Below are positions 1 through 16,353 of a stretch of 64,000 nt of DNA, in pieces. A program made the translations under genes and the position numbers. Each line of letters opens with the position of its first letter. The stretch's first letter is position 1. A model generated the notes under the pieces. That model searched no databases. It was not told the origin of the DNA and was given only the letters and a program-made list of their open reading frames with translations. The stretch spans positions 7,326-71,325 of the forward strand of contig CAZNVH010000041.1 in NCBI GenBank assembly GCA_964576525.1, given 5' to 3'. Source of the stretch: an uncultured Enterobacteriaceae bacterium (GTDB taxonomy: Bacteria; Pseudomonadota; Gammaproteobacteria; Burkholderiales; SG8-39).

Positions 1-1
1 G

Positions 2-5039
<5,038 letters not shown>

Positions 5040-5043
5040 TTCC

Positions 5044-5913
5044 ATGCCCGCCAAGCTGAGAAAAGCCGTTTTCCCGGTTGCCGGCCTCGGCAGCCGCTTC
5101 CTGCCGGTGACCAAGGCGAGCCCCAAGGAGATGCTGCCGATCGTCGACAAGCCGCTGATCCAGTACGCGGTGGAGGAGGCGGCGGCGGCGGGGATCACCG
5201 AGATGATCTTCGTCACCGGGCGCAACAAGCGGGCGATCGAGGACCACTTCGACAAGGCCTACGAGCTCGAAACCGAGCTCGAGCGCAAGAACAAGGCCGA
5301 GCTGCTCGAGATGGTGCGCTCGGTGCTGCCGGAAGGCGCGCGCTGCATCTACCTCCGCCAGGCCGAGCCGCTCGGCCTGGGGCACGCCGTGCTGTGCGCG
5401 CAGCCGGTGGTCGGCAACGATCCTTTCGCTGTGGTGCTGGCCGACGACCTGATCGACGCGCAGCCGCCGGCGATGTGCCGCATGGCCGAGCTGTTCGCCA
5501 AGGAGGGCTGCTCGCTGCTCGGCGTCGAGGAGGTGCCGCGTGACCAGACCCAGAGCTACGGCATCGTCACCGTCGAGGCCATGCAATCCGACGCCGGGCG
5601 CCTGCGCAGCATCGTGGAGAAGCCCCGACCCGCCGATGCACCCTCGAACCTCGGCGTGATCGGCCGCTACGTGCTGACGCCACGCATCTTCGACCTGCTG
5701 GCACGGCAGTCGCCAGGCGCCGGCGGCGAGATCCAGCTCACCGACGCGATCTCGGCGCTGCTCACCCACGAACGGGTCCTCGCGGTGCGGCTGCCCGGCC
5801 GGCGCTACGACTGCGGCACCAAGCTCGGCTATCTGCAGGCGACGCTCGAGTACGGGCTGCGCCATCCCGAGACCGGCGAGGCGTTCGCGCGCTACCTGAA
5901 AGCACGCAAGTGA
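5044..5913 (+). CDS. galU: UTP-glucose-1-phosphate uridylyltransferase
   Basis: [31 protein letters not shown]; [12 protein letters not shown]. Confidence 0.96.
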   Translation: MPAKLRKAVFPVAGLGSRFLPVTKASPKEMLPIVDKPLIQYAVEEAAAAGITEMIFVTGRNKRAIEDHFDKAYELETELERKNKAELLEMVRSVLPEGARCIYLRQAEPLGLGHAVLCAQPVVGNDPFAVVLADDLIDAQPPAMCRMAELFAKEGCSLLGVEEVPRDQTQSYGIVTVEAMQSDAGRLRSIVEKPRPADAPSNLGVIGRYVLTPRIFDLLARQSPGAGGEIQLTDAISALLTHERVLAVRLPGRRYDCGTKLGYLQATLEYGLRHPETGEAFARYLKARK

Positions 5914-6443
5914 TTCGCGCCGTCCTGCGCATGGGCGACCCGCGGCTGTGGCAGAAGTCGGAGGCCGTCGCCGATTTTGGCGATCCTTTCCTGAAAAATC
6001 TCCTGACCGACATGCGCGACACCATGGCGCACCTGAACGGCGCGGGCCTCGCCGCGCCGCAGATCGGCGTAGGCCTGCGCGTGGTGATCTTCGGCGTCCA
6101 TTCCAACCCGCGCTACCCGGACGTCGAGGAGGTGCCCGAGACCGTCCTGATCAATCCCGAGATCGCGCCGCTCTCCGCCGAGATGGAGGAGGGCTGGGAA
6201 GGCTGCCTGTCGGTTCCCGGCATGCGCGGCTGGGTGCCGCGCTTTTCCAGGCTCAAGTACTCGGGTTACGACGAGCACGGCAAGCATTTCGAGCGCGAGG
6301 TCGAGGGCTTCCACGCCCGGGTGGTGCAGCACGAGGTCGACCACCTCGACGGCGTGCTCTACCCGATGCGCATCCTCGACCTGACCCGGTTCGGCTTCAA
6401 TGAAGAGCTGTTTCCCGAGCAGGAGTTGCCAGCGGAGGACTAG
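5910..6443 (+). CDS. def: Peptide deformylase
   Basis: [15 protein letters not shown] and HEVDH motifs. Confidence 0.96.
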   Translation: MIRAVLRMGDPRLWQKSEAVADFGDPFLKNLLTDMRDTMAHLNGAGLAAPQIGVGLRVVIFGVHSNPRYPDVEEVPETVLINPEIAPLSAEMEEGWEGCLSVPGMRGWVPRFSRLKYSGYDEHGKHFEREVEGFHARVVQHEVDHLDGVLYPMRILDLTRFGFNEELFPEQELPAED

Positions 6444-7276
6444 TGAAGACGAAGTTCAGAGAGCGGGGGGAGAAGGTTCGCCTCGACGACATCTCGGCCG
6501 AGCCCCCCAAGGGGATGACCAAGGAGAAGGCGCGCGAGCGTTTCGCGAAGCTCGGCGCGGAGATGTTCGAGCTGCAGGACGCGATGTTCGGCGCCAAGGT
6601 GAACAGCGTCATGGTGGTGCTGCAAGGGCGCGACAGCGCCGGCAAGGACGGTGCGATCAAGCACGTCGCCGGCTGCCTGAACCCGCGCGGCGTGAACGTC
6701 GTGTCCTTCGGCACGCCCACGGCCGAGGAGCGCCAGCATGACTTCCTGTGGCGGGTGCACCGCCACGCGCCGCGGCTCGGCGAGTTCGCCATCTTCAACC
6801 GCTCGCACTACGAGGACGTGCTGGTGGTGCGGGTCCACAGCCTGGTGCGGGAGAAGCTGTGGAAGGAGCGCTACGGCCACATCGCCGACTTCGAGGAGCT
6901 GCTCGCCGAGCATGGCGTCATCGTGCTCAAGTTCTTCCTGCACATCACCAGGAAGGAGCAGAAGGCGCGGCTGCTCGAGCGCGAGAAGGCGCCCGAGACG
7001 GCGTGGAAGCTGAATCCCAACGACTGGAAGGAACGCGACCACTGGGACGAATTCACCGCGGCCTACGAGGACGCGATCTCGAAGACCGCGGCGCCGCACG
7101 CCCCGTGGATCGTGGTCCCGGCCAACGCCAAGGGGTACCGCAACCTGGTGATCGCGGAAGCCATCGTCGGCGCGCTGCGCGAGCACCGCAAGGGATGGAA
7201 AAAGACGCTCGACGCGATGGGCCGGCAAGGCCGCGCCGGGCTCACCGCCTACCGGGCGGAGAAGGCCAAGCGCTAG
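6443..7276 (+). CDS. ppk2: Polyphosphate kinase 2 family protein (class III-like)
   Basis: Walker A QGRDSAGKDG, FNRSHYE, lid WKLNPNDW; GTG start overlaps def stop. Confidence 0.88.
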   Translation: MKTKFRERGEKVRLDDISAEPPKGMTKEKARERFAKLGAEMFELQDAMFGAKVNSVMVVLQGRDSAGKDGAIKHVAGCLNPRGVNVVSFGTPTAEERQHDFLWRVHRHAPRLGEFAIFNRSHYEDVLVVRVHSLVREKLWKERYGHIADFEELLAEHGVIVLKFFLHITRKEQKARLLEREKAPETAWKLNPNDWKERDHWDEFTAAYEDAISKTAAPHAPWIVVPANAKGYRNLVIAEAIVGALREHRKGWKKTLDAMGRQGRAGLTAYRAEKAKR

Positions 7277-9819
7277 ATCTGCAGTTCTTTCAGCAGCTCC
7301 TGCTCGAGCTGCAGGACCGTTTTCGGGTTCGACAGCGCCGATCCCGAGAGCAGGAACACGTCCTCCACGCGGTCGCCGAGGGTGTTGACGCGGGCGGTCT
7401 GCAGGCTGATCTGGTAGCGCGCCAGCGTGCGCGCCACGCCGTACAGCAGGCCCGGCCGGTCGGCCGCGACGATCGACAGCGCGTGGTAGGTGCCGCGCTC
7501 GTCGGGGCGGATGTCGACCGCAGGAGAGATCGGGAAGTGCCGCACCCGCCTGGACAGGCGCCCGCCGCGCGGTGGGGCGAGCGGAGCTTCGGACTGCAGC
7601 TCCGCGGCGAGCTCGGTCTCGATCATGCTGATGCGGTCCTGGTAGTGCGCGTCGCGTCCCTGGCCCATGACGACGAACGTGTCCAGCGCATAGCCGTGGC
7701 GCGTGGTGTGCACCTTGGCCTCGGCGATGTTCAGGCCGGCGCGCTCGAAATAGCCGCAGATGCGCGCGAACAGCGCTTCGCGGTCGGGGGTATAGATCAT
7801 CACCTGGAGCCCTTCGCCGAACGGCGCGAGGTGCGCCTTGACTACCGGCTTGTCGGTGTCGACGCGGTAATGCAGGTTGCGCGTTTGCCAGGCGATCTCC
7901 TGCGCGTCGTGGCGCAGAAAGTAGGGGGTGTCGAGCTGCGCCCAGAGCTTGTCCTTCACGCCGTCGGAAAGCGCGTACAGCCGCAGCAGCCGCACCACTT
8001 CGGCCTGCTTCTCCGCGAGCGCGGCGTCGCGCGCCAGCGGTTCGCCGGTGAGCACCCGGAGGGTGGCGCGGAACAGGTCCTCCAGCAGCTTCGCCTTCCA
8101 CGCGTTCCACACCTTGGGGCTGGTGCCACGAATGTCGGCGACGGTGAACAGGTACAGCGCCACCAGGCGCCGCTCGCTGCCGACCATGTCGGCGAAGGCG
8201 CGCACCACCTCGGGGTCGTGCACATCCTGCTTCTGGGCGACGTGCGACATGGCGAGGTGGCGCTCGACCAGGAACTCGACCAGCTCGCGATCGTCGCGCG
8301 CCAGTCCGTGCCGCTTCGAAAAGCTGCGGACATCCTTGGCACCGAGCGCCGAGTGGTCGCCGCCGCGCCCCTTGGCGATGTCGTGATAGAGGGCGGCGAC
8401 GTACAGGAGCCAGCGCCGCTCGAAGCCGTTCATCAGCTCGCTGCTCAGCGGGAACTCGTGCGCGAACTCCGGCATGGTGAAGCGCCGCAGGTTGCGCATC
8501 ACCATCAGGATGTGCTGGTCTACGGTGTAGACGTGGAACAGGTCGTGCTGCATCTGGCCGACGATGCGGCCGAACTCCGGCAGGTAGCGGCCGAGGATGC
8601 CGTACTGGTTCATGCGCCGGAACTCGTGCACGATGCCGCGCGGCTGCTGCAGGATCTGCAAGAACAGCAGCCCGGCGACCGGGTTCTTGCGGAAGCGCGC
8701 ATTCACCAGGGAGCGCGCACGCCATAGCGCCCGCAAGGTGCGGGCCGTCATGCCGCGCAGTTCCTGGTGCTGCATCATCAGCAGAAAGCATTCCAGGATC
8801 GCGGTCGGTTCGCGGGCGAAAGTGCCTTCCTGCTTGATGTGAAGCCGCTCGCTGCGCACCTCGAAGCGCTCGTTCAGCGCGCGCGGTGCCGTGTCCGGCT
8901 GCGGCGCCAGGCGCGCCTCGAAGTTCTGCAGCAGGATGGCGTTGAGTTGGGTGACGCCCTTGGCGGTCTGGTAGTAGCCCTGCATCAGCGCTTCGCTGGC
9001 GCGTCGGGCCGGCGTGTCCTTGTACCCGAGCTGGGCAGCGAGCGCGGTTTGCAGGTCGAACACGATGCGGTCTTCGCGCCGTCCGGCGAGGTAGTGCAGG
9101 CGGATGCGCAGGTCCTGCAGGTGCTCCTCGAGACGTGTCAGCTGGCGTGCCTCGTCGCGCTCGATCAGGCCGCGCGCCAGCAGGTCGCTCCAGCGCCGGC
9201 CTATGCCGCTCGCCCGAGCGATCCACTGGATGACCTGGAGGTCGCGCAGGCCGCCCGGGGCCTCCTTGAGGTTGGGCTCGAGGGAGTAGGGGGAATCCTG
9301 GTGTTTGGCGTGGCGCTGCTCCTGCTCGAGCTTCTTCGCCTTGAAAAAGGCCACCGGATCGGAGCGCTGCTGCAGCGCCTCGGCCATTTTCCGGTACAGG
9401 CTGCGGCTGCCGGCGAGGTAGCGCGCCTCGAGCAGCGTGGTGCGCACGGTGACGTCACCCTCGGCCGCCTCGACGCAGCCGGCCACGGTGCGCACGCTGT
9501 GCCCGATCTCCAGGCCGATGTCCCAGAACACGCCGATCAGGCGCTCGAGCGCCCCGCGCTCCGCGGGCTGCAGCTCGCGGCCGAGCAGCACCAGCAGGTC
9601 GACGTCCGAGGACGGATAGAGCTCGCGCCGCCCGTAGCCGCCGGTCGCGACCAGCGCCGCTTCGGCGGCGAGGCCGGACCGGCCCCAGAGCGAGCGCACG
9701 GTCCGGTCGATGAGCTGCGCGTGCTGGCGCAGCAGCGCGCGCGGGTTCGGCCGCCGCAGGTAGGCTTCGCGCAGCGCCTGCCGGGCGGCGGCCAGGTCCC
9801 CCCGCAGGTCGAACTTCAT
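7273..9819 (-). CDS. glnD: [Protein-PII] uridylyltransferase/uridylyl-removing enzyme
   Basis: GGYGRRELYPSSDVDLL nucleotidyltransferase motif, HD domain, two ACT domains; start set at MKFDL. Confidence 0.95.
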   Translation of the reverse strand: MKFDLRGDLAAARQALREAYLRRPNPRALLRQHAQLIDRTVRSLWGRSGLAAEAALVATGGYGRRELYPSSDVDLLVLLGRELQPAERGALERLIGVFWDIGLEIGHSVRTVAGCVEAAEGDVTVRTTLLEARYLAGSRSLYRKMAEALQQRSDPVAFFKAKKLEQEQRHAKHQDSPYSLEPNLKEAPGGLRDLQVIQWIARASGIGRRWSDLLARGLIERDEARQLTRLEEHLQDLRIRLHYLAGRREDRIVFDLQTALAAQLGYKDTPARRASEALMQGYYQTAKGVTQLNAILLQNFEARLAPQPDTAPRALNERFEVRSERLHIKQEGTFAREPTAILECFLLMMQHQELRGMTARTLRALWRARSLVNARFRKNPVAGLLFLQILQQPRGIVHEFRRMNQYGILGRYLPEFGRIVGQMQHDLFHVYTVDQHILMVMRNLRRFTMPEFAHEFPLSSELMNGFERRWLLYVAALYHDIAKGRGGDHSALGAKDVRSFSKRHGLARDDRELVEFLVERHLAMSHVAQKQDVHDPEVVRAFADMVGSERRLVALYLFTVADIRGTSPKVWNAWKAKLLEDLFRATLRVLTGEPLARDAALAEKQAEVVRLLRLYALSDGVKDKLWAQLDTPYFLRHDAQEIAWQTRNLHYRVDTDKPVVKAHLAPFGEGLQVMIYTPDREALFARICGYFERAGLNIAEAKVHTTRHGYALDTFVVMGQGRDAHYQDRISMIETELAAELQSEAPLAPPRGGRLSRRVRHFPISPAVDIRPDERGTYHALSIVAADRPGLLYGVARTLARYQISLQTARVNTLGDRVEDVFLLSGSALSNPKTVLQLEQELLKELQI

Positions 9820-10604
9820 GGCGGCGGCTGCGTGCCCGCCGAGCGCGTCAGGACTTCGTGGCCCGATTCGGTGACCGCCACGGTGTGCTCCCATTGCGCC
9901 GACAGGCTGTGATCCTTGGTGACGATGGTCCAGCCGTCGGCCAGTTCCCGAATGCCGGGCTTGCCGGCGTTGATCATCGGCTCCACGGTGAAGGTCATGC
10001 CCGGCTCGAGCGTCAGGCCGGCGCCGGGCTTGCCGTAATGCAGCACCTGCGGCTCTTCATGGAAGCGGCGGCCGATACCGTGCCCGCAGAATTCGCGCAC
10101 CACGGAGAAACCGTGCTGCTCGGCATGGCCCTGGATCGCGGCGCCGACATCCCCCAGATGCGCCCCGGGGCGCACCTGCCGTATGCCGAGCCACATGCAC
10201 TCGAACGTGACCTCGACCAGGCGCTTCGCCTGGATGCTCGGCTCGCCGACGTAGAACATGCGGCTGCAGTCGCCGTGAAAACCATCCTTGATCACCGTGA
10301 TGTCGATGTTGAGGATGTCGCCGGGCTTCAGCACGCGCTCGCCCGGGACGCCGTGGCACACCTGGTGGTTCACGGAGGTGCAGATCGACTTCGGGAAGGG
10401 ACGGTAACCCGGCGGCGCGTAGTTGAGCGGCGCCGGCACCGTGCCCTGCACGTTCACCATGTATTCGTGGCACAGGTCGTTCAGTTTGCCGGTGGCGACC
10501 CCGGCGCGGACCTGCGGCGCGATGAAATCGAGCACCTCGGAAGCCAGCCGGCCGGCGATACGCATGCGCTCCAGCTCTTCCGGGCTCTTCAGGACAACGG
10601 CCAT
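9816..10604 (-). CDS. map: Methionine aminopeptidase type I
   Basis: [39 protein letters not shown]; map-glnD synteny. Confidence 0.97.
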   Translation of the reverse strand: MAVVLKSPEELERMRIAGRLASEVLDFIAPQVRAGVATGKLNDLCHEYMVNVQGTVPAPLNYAPPGYRPFPKSICTSVNHQVCHGVPGERVLKPGDILNIDITVIKDGFHGDCSRMFYVGEPSIQAKRLVEVTFECMWLGIRQVRPGAHLGDVGAAIQGHAEQHGFSVVREFCGHGIGRRFHEEPQVLHYGKPGAGLTLEPGMTFTVEPMINAGKPGIRELADGWTIVTKDHSLSAQWEHTVAVTESGHEVLTRSAGTQPPP

Positions 10605-10615
10605 TTGGCTGATTA

Positions 10616-10624
10616 TGCTAGAAT
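10616..10624 (+). promoter_or_regulatory. Extended -10 promoter of rpsB-tsf (TGcTAGAAT)
   Basis: TGn plus TAGAAT about 95 nt before the rpsB start; the E. coli rpsB promoter is also extended -10. Confidence 0.55.
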
Positions 10625-10630
10625 TTCGGG

Positions 10631-10719
10631 CTCAAATCTTCCGGCGCGCTCGACAAAGGGTCCCCAGTGAAACGGGGCAAGCGTGCGCCGCAGACCCAAA
10701 CCCTTTAAGGAGAATCGAA
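10631..10719 (+). ncRNA. Candidate rpsB (S2 autoregulatory) leader RNA
   Basis: 5' UTR with CGGCGCG/CGTGCGCCG outer pairing, CCCC-AGTGAAAC-GGGG hairpin and GGGT..ACCC pairing; SD AAGGAG. Confidence 0.5.
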
Positions 10720-11469
10720 GTGTCGGTAACGATGCGTCAAATGCTGGAAGCCGGGGTCCATTTCGGACACCAGACCCGGTACTGGAACCCGAAGATGGCG
10801 CAGTACATCTTCGGCCACCGCAACAAGATCCACATCATCAACCTCGAGCGCACCCTGGCCCTGTACCAGGAGGCGGTCAAGTTCGCGCGCCAGCTGACGG
10901 CAAACCGGGGAACGCTGCTGTTCGTCGGCACCAAGCGCCAGGCGCGCGAGATCGTCCGCGAGGAGGCGCTGCGCTGCCAGATGCCGTACGTCGACCATCG
11001 CTGGCTCGGCGGCATGCTGACCAACTTCAAGACCGTGAAGCAGTCGATCAAGCGCCTCAAGGAAATGGAGGCGATGCAGCTGGACGGCAGCTTCGAGCGC
11101 ATCACCAAGAAGGAGGCGCTCGGCCTGCAGCGCGAGCTCACCAAGCTGCAGCGCTCGCTCGGCGGCATCAAGGAGCTGTCGGGCCTGCCCACTGCGCTGT
11201 TCATCATCGACGTCGGCTACCAGAAGGGCGCGGTGGCCGAGGCGGTCAAGCTCGGCGTGCCGGTGATCGGCGTGGTCGACACCAACCACTCGCCGGCCGG
11301 CATCGACTACGTCATTCCCGGCAACGACGATTCCAACCGTGCGATCCGGCTGTACGCGCGCGGCATGGCCGACGCGGTGCTCGAAGGCCGCAGCCAGTCG
11401 CTCGAAGAAGTGGTCGCCGCTTCGCGCGACGAGTTCGTCGAAGTGGAAGAGGATGAAGGTGCAAAGTAG
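10720..11469 (+). CDS. rpsB: 30S ribosomal protein S2
   Basis: [35 protein letters not shown]; GTG start after AAGGAG. Confidence 0.98.
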   Translation: MSVTMRQMLEAGVHFGHQTRYWNPKMAQYIFGHRNKIHIINLERTLALYQEAVKFARQLTANRGTLLFVGTKRQAREIVREEALRCQMPYVDHRWLGGMLTNFKTVKQSIKRLKEMEAMQLDGSFERITKKEALGLQRELTKLQRSLGGIKELSGLPTALFIIDVGYQKGAVAEAVKLGVPVIGVVDTNHSPAGIDYVIPGNDDSNRAIRLYARGMADAVLEGRSQSLEEVVAASRDEFVEVEEDEGAK

Positions 11470-11491
11470 GGTGCGCTTCCCCTCTTGACGG

Positions 11492-11516
11492 AAAAAGGGC
11501 TTCGGCCCTTTTTTTT
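11492..11516 (+). terminator. Intrinsic terminator/attenuator between rpsB and tsf
   Basis: AAAAAGGGC-TTCG-GCCCTTTTTTTT: GC stem, UUCG loop, U tract. Confidence 0.85.
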
Positions 11517-11536
11517 CAACCAAGGAGTTCGAAGGA

Positions 11537-12346
11537 ATGACGGAAATTAGTGCAAGCCTGGTGAAGGAGCTGCGCGAGCTCACCGGCCTGGGAATGATGG
11601 AGTGCAAGAAGGCCCTGACCGAGGCGGGCGGCGACCTGAAGAAGGCCGAGGAGCTGTTGCGCATCAAGAGCGGCGCCAAGGCGAGCAAGGCGGCCTCGCG
11701 CGTCGCTGCCGAAGGCGTCATTGGCGCCTGGCTGTCGGCCGACGCCAAGCTGGGCTCGCTGGTCGAGCTCAACTGCGAGACCGACTTCGTCGCCCGGAAC
11801 GCGGACTTCCTCGCTTTCGCCCGCTCGCTCGCCGAAGTCGCCGCCACGCGCGACCCGGGCGCGCCAGAGGACGAGCGGCGGCAACAGCTGGTGCAGAAGA
11901 TCGGCGAGAACATCACCATCCGCCGGTTCAAGCGCCTGCAAGCCAAAGGCAAGCTCGCGCTCTACGTCCACGCCGGCGCCAAGATCGGCGTGCTGGCGGA
12001 CTACGAAGGTGCCGAGGAGATCGGCAAGGACGTGGCGATGCATATCGCGTTCGCCAAGCCGCGGCACCTGAGCAAGGGCGAGGTTCCCCAGGACGCGGTG
12101 CAGGGGGAGAGGAGGATCCAGGAAGCGCGCGCCCGGGACTCCGGCAAGCCGCCGGAGATCGCGGCCAAGATGGTCGAGGGCGCGCTCAACAAGTTCCTCG
12201 GCGAAATCACGCTCCTCGGGCAGCCCTTCATCAAGGACGACAAGCACAGCATCGAGAAGATGCTGGCCGCGAAACAGGCCAAGGTGCACGGCTACGCCTT
12301 CCTCGTGGTGGGCGAGGGCATCGACAAGCCTCGACCCGTGCATTGA
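11537..12346 (+). CDS. tsf: Elongation factor Ts
   Basis: [35 protein letters not shown]. Confidence 0.97.
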   Translation: MTEISASLVKELRELTGLGMMECKKALTEAGGDLKKAEELLRIKSGAKASKAASRVAAEGVIGAWLSADAKLGSLVELNCETDFVARNADFLAFARSLAEVAATRDPGAPEDERRQQLVQKIGENITIRRFKRLQAKGKLALYVHAGAKIGVLADYEGAEEIGKDVAMHIAFAKPRHLSKGEVPQDAVQGERRIQEARARDSGKPPEIAAKMVEGALNKFLGEITLLGQPFIKDDKHSIEKMLAAKQAKVHGYAFLVVGEGIDKPRPVH

Positions 12347-13056
12347 CCCCGAAATACAAAAGGATCCTTCTCAAGCTGTCGGGCGAAGCCCTGATGGGCG
12401 GGGATCCGTTCGGCATCAACCGGCAGACCATCGAGTCGATCGTCGGCGAGATCGCCCAGGTGTCGCGCATGGGGGTCGAGCTCGGCGTGGTGATCGGCGG
12501 CGGCAACATCTTCCGCGGGGTGGCGCCGGGCGCCGCCGGCATGGAGCGGGCGACCGCCGACTACATGGGAATGCTCGCGACCGTGATGAACGCGCTCGCC
12601 CTGTCGGACGCGATGCGCCAGGCCGGGCTGGCGAGCCGGGTGCAGTCGGCGCTCAACATCGAGCAGGTGGTGGAGCCCTACATCCGCGGCAAAGCGATCC
12701 GCTATCTCGAGGAGGGCAAGGTGGTGATCTTCGCCGCCGGCACCGGCAACCCGTTCTTCACCACCGACACGGCGGCCGCGCTGCGCGGCAGCGAGATCGG
12801 CGCCGAGATCGTGATCAAGGCCACCAAAGTCGACGGCGTGTACAGCGCCGATCCGAAGCGCGATCCGCGCGCCGAGCGCTACGCGCGCATCAGCTTCGAC
12901 GAGGCGATCGCGCGCAACCTGCGCGTGATGGACGCCACCGCGCTGACGATGTGCCGCGACCAGAAACTGCCGATCGCGGTGTTCAGCATCTTCAAGCCGG
13001 GCGCGCTGCGCCGGCTGGTGCTCGGCGAGGACGAAGGCACGTTGGTTCACGTATGA
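12343..13056 (+). CDS. pyrH: UMP kinase
   Basis: TTG start overlaps tsf TGA; [31 protein letters not shown]. Confidence 0.96.
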   Translation: MTPKYKRILLKLSGEALMGGDPFGINRQTIESIVGEIAQVSRMGVELGVVIGGGNIFRGVAPGAAGMERATADYMGMLATVMNALALSDAMRQAGLASRVQSALNIEQVVEPYIRGKAIRYLEEGKVVIFAAGTGNPFFTTDTAAALRGSEIGAEIVIKATKVDGVYSADPKRDPRAERYARISFDEAIARNLRVMDATALTMCRDQKLPIAVFSIFKPGALRRLVLGEDEGTLVHV

Positions 13057-13072
13057 TGGCGCGGAGGTCTCC

Positions 13073-13633
13073 ATGGTGATTGCGGATCTCAAGAAGACCG
13101 CCGAGCAGAAGATGGACAAGAGCGTCCAGGCGTTCAAAGGCGACCTGGCGAAAGTGCGCACCGGGCGCGCGCACACCGGGCTGCTCGACCATATCAGCGT
13201 CGACTACTACGGCACGCCGACGCCGCTCAACCAGGTCGCCAAAGTGGTGCTGCTCGACGCGCGCACCATCGGCGTCACCCCGTTCGAGAAGAAGATGGGG
13301 CAGGCGATCGAGAAAGCGATCCGCGATGCCGAGCTCGGGCTGAACCCGGCGGCGAGCGGCGACACGGTGCGGGTGCCGATGCCCTCGCTGACCGAGGAGC
13401 GGCGCAAGGAGCTGATCAAGGTGGTGCGGCACGAAGCCGAGAACGCGCGCGTGGCGGTGCGCAACCTGCGGCGCGACGCGATTCATCACCTGAAGGACGC
13501 GCTCAAGAAGCACGAGGTTTCCGAGAACGACGAGCGCCGCGCGCAGGACGAGGTGCAGAAAATGACCGACCGCCACGTCACCGAGATCGACAGGCTGCTG
13601 CAGCAGAAGGAAGCCGAGCTGCTGGCGGTATGA
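13073..13633 (+). CDS. frr: Ribosome recycling factor
   Basis: [21 protein letters not shown]. Confidence 0.97.
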   Translation: MVIADLKKTAEQKMDKSVQAFKGDLAKVRTGRAHTGLLDHISVDYYGTPTPLNQVAKVVLLDARTIGVTPFEKKMGQAIEKAIRDAELGLNPAASGDTVRVPMPSLTEERRKELIKVVRHEAENARVAVRNLRRDAIHHLKDALKKHEVSENDERRAQDEVQKMTDRHVTEIDRLLQQKEAELLAV

Positions 13634-14397
13634 GCGCGGACAGCTCGACGCGCGGCATCCCCGAGCATGGCGACGCGCCGCGCCACGTCGCCATCATCAT
13701 GGACGGCAACGGCCGCTGGGCGCGGCGCCGGCACCTGCCGCGGCTCGCCGGCCACCGGCGCGGGGTGGAGGCGGTGCGCGCCACGGTGCGCGCCTGCGCC
13801 GAGCGCGGCATCGGCTTCCTGACCCTGTTCGCCTTCAGCTCCGAGAACTGGCGCCGCCCGCCCGAGGAGGTGGCGCTGCTCATGAAGCTGTTCGAGGCCG
13901 CGCTGTCCAGCGAGGTGGACAAGCTGCACCACAACGGCGTGCGGCTGAAGGTGGCGGGCGACACGCTGTGCTTCGACCCCAAGATACGCCGCCTGATCGA
14001 GCAGGGCGAGGCGTTGACCGCGCAGAACCAGGGCCTGACGCTCACCATCGCCGCCAACTACGGCGGCCGCTGGGACATCCTGCAGGCGCTTACTCGTCTT
14101 TTGAAAGAGAAGAATTTTTCGGGGGAAGAAATTCGCGAGGAGATGCTGGCACCGTATCTCGCCATGAGCTACGCGCCCGAGCCGGACCTGTTCATCCGCA
14201 CCGGCGGCGAGCAGCGCGTCAGCAACTTCCTGCTGTGGCAGCTCGCCTACACCGAGCTCTACTTCACCGAGACGCTGTGGCCGGATTTCGACGCCGCGGC
14301 GCTCGACGAAGCGATCGCCTCGTACCGTCAGCGCGAGCGGCGCTTCGGCCGCACCAGCGAGCAGGTCGAGCAAGCGAAGCGCCCCGAGGTCGCCTGA
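13630..14397 (+). CDS. uppS: Undecaprenyl diphosphate synthase
   Basis: [40 protein letters not shown]. Confidence 0.96.
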   Translation: MSADSSTRGIPEHGDAPRHVAIIMDGNGRWARRRHLPRLAGHRRGVEAVRATVRACAERGIGFLTLFAFSSENWRRPPEEVALLMKLFEAALSSEVDKLHHNGVRLKVAGDTLCFDPKIRRLIEQGEALTAQNQGLTLTIAANYGGRWDILQALTRLLKEKNFSGEEIREEMLAPYLAMSYAPEPDLFIRTGGEQRVSNFLLWQLAYTELYFTETLWPDFDAAALDEAIASYRQRERRFGRTSEQVEQAKRPEVA

Positions 14398-14401
14398 AGT
14401 C

Positions 14402-15205
14402 GTGAGCGACGCGGGCGCGCTCGCCGCGCGGACAGCGACCGCTGCGGTGCTGATCGCGCTGCTGCTCGCCGGGCTGTTCCTGCTGCCGCGCGCGGGGGTG
14501 GCGCTCCTCGCTGCGCTGATCGCCGGCATCGCCGGCATCGAGTGGGCGCGGCTGTGCGGGCTGGGCCCGTTGCGGGCGCGGCTGTACGCCGGTGCGATCG
14601 TGGTGGCGCTGTTCGTGCTGTACGTATTGGAGGCGCCGTGGGCCGCGTTCGCCGCCGCCGCCGCGTTCTGGATCGTGGCCGTGCCGGCATGGTTGCGGCT
14701 GGGGGTCCGGGCGGAGCATTCGGCGGCGCTGCTCGCGGCCGGGTTCCTCGTGCTGGTGCCGCCGGCGCTCGCCATGGTCGCGCTGCCGCCGGTGCAGGTA
14801 CTGCTCGCGCTCGGGCTGGCGTGGATTGCCGACACCGCCGCGTACTTCGTCGGCCGGCGCTGGGGCCGGCGCCGGCTCGCGCCGTCGATCAGCCCGGGAA
14901 AGACCTGGGAGGGCGTCGCCGGCGCGCTGATCGGCGCCGCCGCCTACGCTATGATTCTCTGGCTGCTTTTCGACGGGGTTCAAGGAGCGCGGATGGGGGC
15001 CTTTCTGGGCGCGGCGGCGCTGCTGGTCATGGTAAGCATCGTCGGCGACCTGTTCGAATCCGCCGCCAAGCGCCGGGCCGGGGTCAAGGACAGCGGCGCG
15101 CTCCTGCCGGGCCACGGCGGCGTGCTCGATCGCATCGACAGCGCCACCGCGGTCCTTCCGCTGGCGGCCCTGGTCACTCCATTTCTGATGAAGGTGGGGG
15201 CGTGA
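14402..15205 (+). CDS. cdsA: Phosphatidate cytidylyltransferase
   Basis: Multi-TM; [37 protein letters not shown]. Confidence 0.95.
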   Translation: MSDAGALAARTATAAVLIALLLAGLFLLPRAGVALLAALIAGIAGIEWARLCGLGPLRARLYAGAIVVALFVLYVLEAPWAAFAAAAAFWIVAVPAWLRLGVRAEHSAALLAAGFLVLVPPALAMVALPPVQVLLALGLAWIADTAAYFVGRRWGRRRLAPSISPGKTWEGVAGALIGAAAYAMILWLLFDGVQGARMGAFLGAAALLVMVSIVGDLFESAAKRRAGVKDSGALLPGHGGVLDRIDSATAVLPLAALVTPFLMKVGA

Positions 15206-16353
15206 ACCTCGCACTGCTCGGCGCCACCGGCTCGATCGGAGCGAGCACGCTCGACGTCGCGGCACGCCATCCGCAGCGGATCCGCGTTTTCGCCCTCAGC
15301 GCCAACAGCTCGGCGCAGGCCCTGCTGGATCTCTGCCGCCGCCACCGCCCGCGCTTTGCCGTGCTTTCGGGGATTCCCGAGGACGGCACCCTCAGGGCGC
15401 GCTTTTCGGAGCACGGCACCGAGCTGCTGTTCGGCACTTCGGCGTTGGAGTTCGTCGCGCAGCACCCGGAGACCGAGGCGGTGATGGCGGCGATCGTCGG
15501 CGCGGCCGGTCTCGGCTCGACCCTCGCCGCGGCGCGCGCCGGCAAGCGCGTGCTGCTGGCCAACAAGGAGGCCCTGGTGATGGCCGGCCCGCTGATGACC
15601 GCGGCGGCACGCGCGGGCGGGGCGCAGATCCTGCCCGTCGACAGCGAGCACAATGCCGTCTTTCAATGCTTTTCCGAAAAGAAGCACGTCAAGAGAATAA
15701 TGCTGACCGCCTCGGGCGGCCCGTTCCGCGCGGTGCCGCCGGAGGGCCTGGAGCGCGTGACGCCCGAGCAGGCCTGCGCCCATCCCAACTGGGTGATGGG
15801 CCGCAAGATCTCGGTCGACTCGGCGACCATGATGAACAAGGGGCTGGAGGTGATCGAGGCGCGCTGGCTGTTCGACCTCGCGCCCGAGCGCATCGAGGTG
15901 CTGATCCATCCCCAGAGCATCGTGCATTCGCTGGTCGAGTACGCCGACGGCTCGGTGATCGCGCAGATGTCCAACCCCGACATGCGCGTGCCGATCGCGC
16001 ACGCGCTCGCCTACCCGGAGCGTATCGAGTCCGGCGCGCAGCCATTGGATTTGTGTTTTGTCAAAAATCTTTCTTTCGAGCGGCCGGATGAACGACGCTT
16101 TCCCTGCCTGCGGCTCGCTTACGACGCGCTGGCCGCCGGCGGCACGGCGCCGGCGGTGCTCAACGCGGCGAACGAGATCGCGGTCGAGGCCTTCCTGGCG
16201 GGCCGGCTGCGGTTCACCGGTATTGCGGCGGTGATCGCCGATACCCTGGCGGCAGTGGCGGCCCGGCCGGCGGAAACCCTCGCGGCCGTGATGGCCGCCG
16301 ATGAAGAAGCGCGCCGCGCCGCGGCCGCGCGCGTCATGGCCCTGGCGGCATGA
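15202..16353 (+). CDS. dxr: 1-deoxy-D-xylulose-5-phosphate reductoisomerase
   Basis: GTG start; [42 protein letters not shown]. Confidence 0.96.
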   Translation: MNLALLGATGSIGASTLDVAARHPQRIRVFALSANSSAQALLDLCRRHRPRFAVLSGIPEDGTLRARFSEHGTELLFGTSALEFVAQHPETEAVMAAIVGAAGLGSTLAAARAGKRVLLANKEALVMAGPLMTAAARAGGAQILPVDSEHNAVFQCFSEKKHVKRIMLTASGGPFRAVPPEGLERVTPEQACAHPNWVMGRKISVDSATMMNKGLEVIEARWLFDLAPERIEVLIHPQSIVHSLVEYADGSVIAQMSNPDMRVPIAHALAYPERIESGAQPLDLCFVKNLSFERPDERRFPCLRLAYDALAAGGTAPAVLNAANEIAVEAFLAGRLRFTGIAAVIADTLAAVAARPAETLAAVMAADEEARRAAAARVMALAA

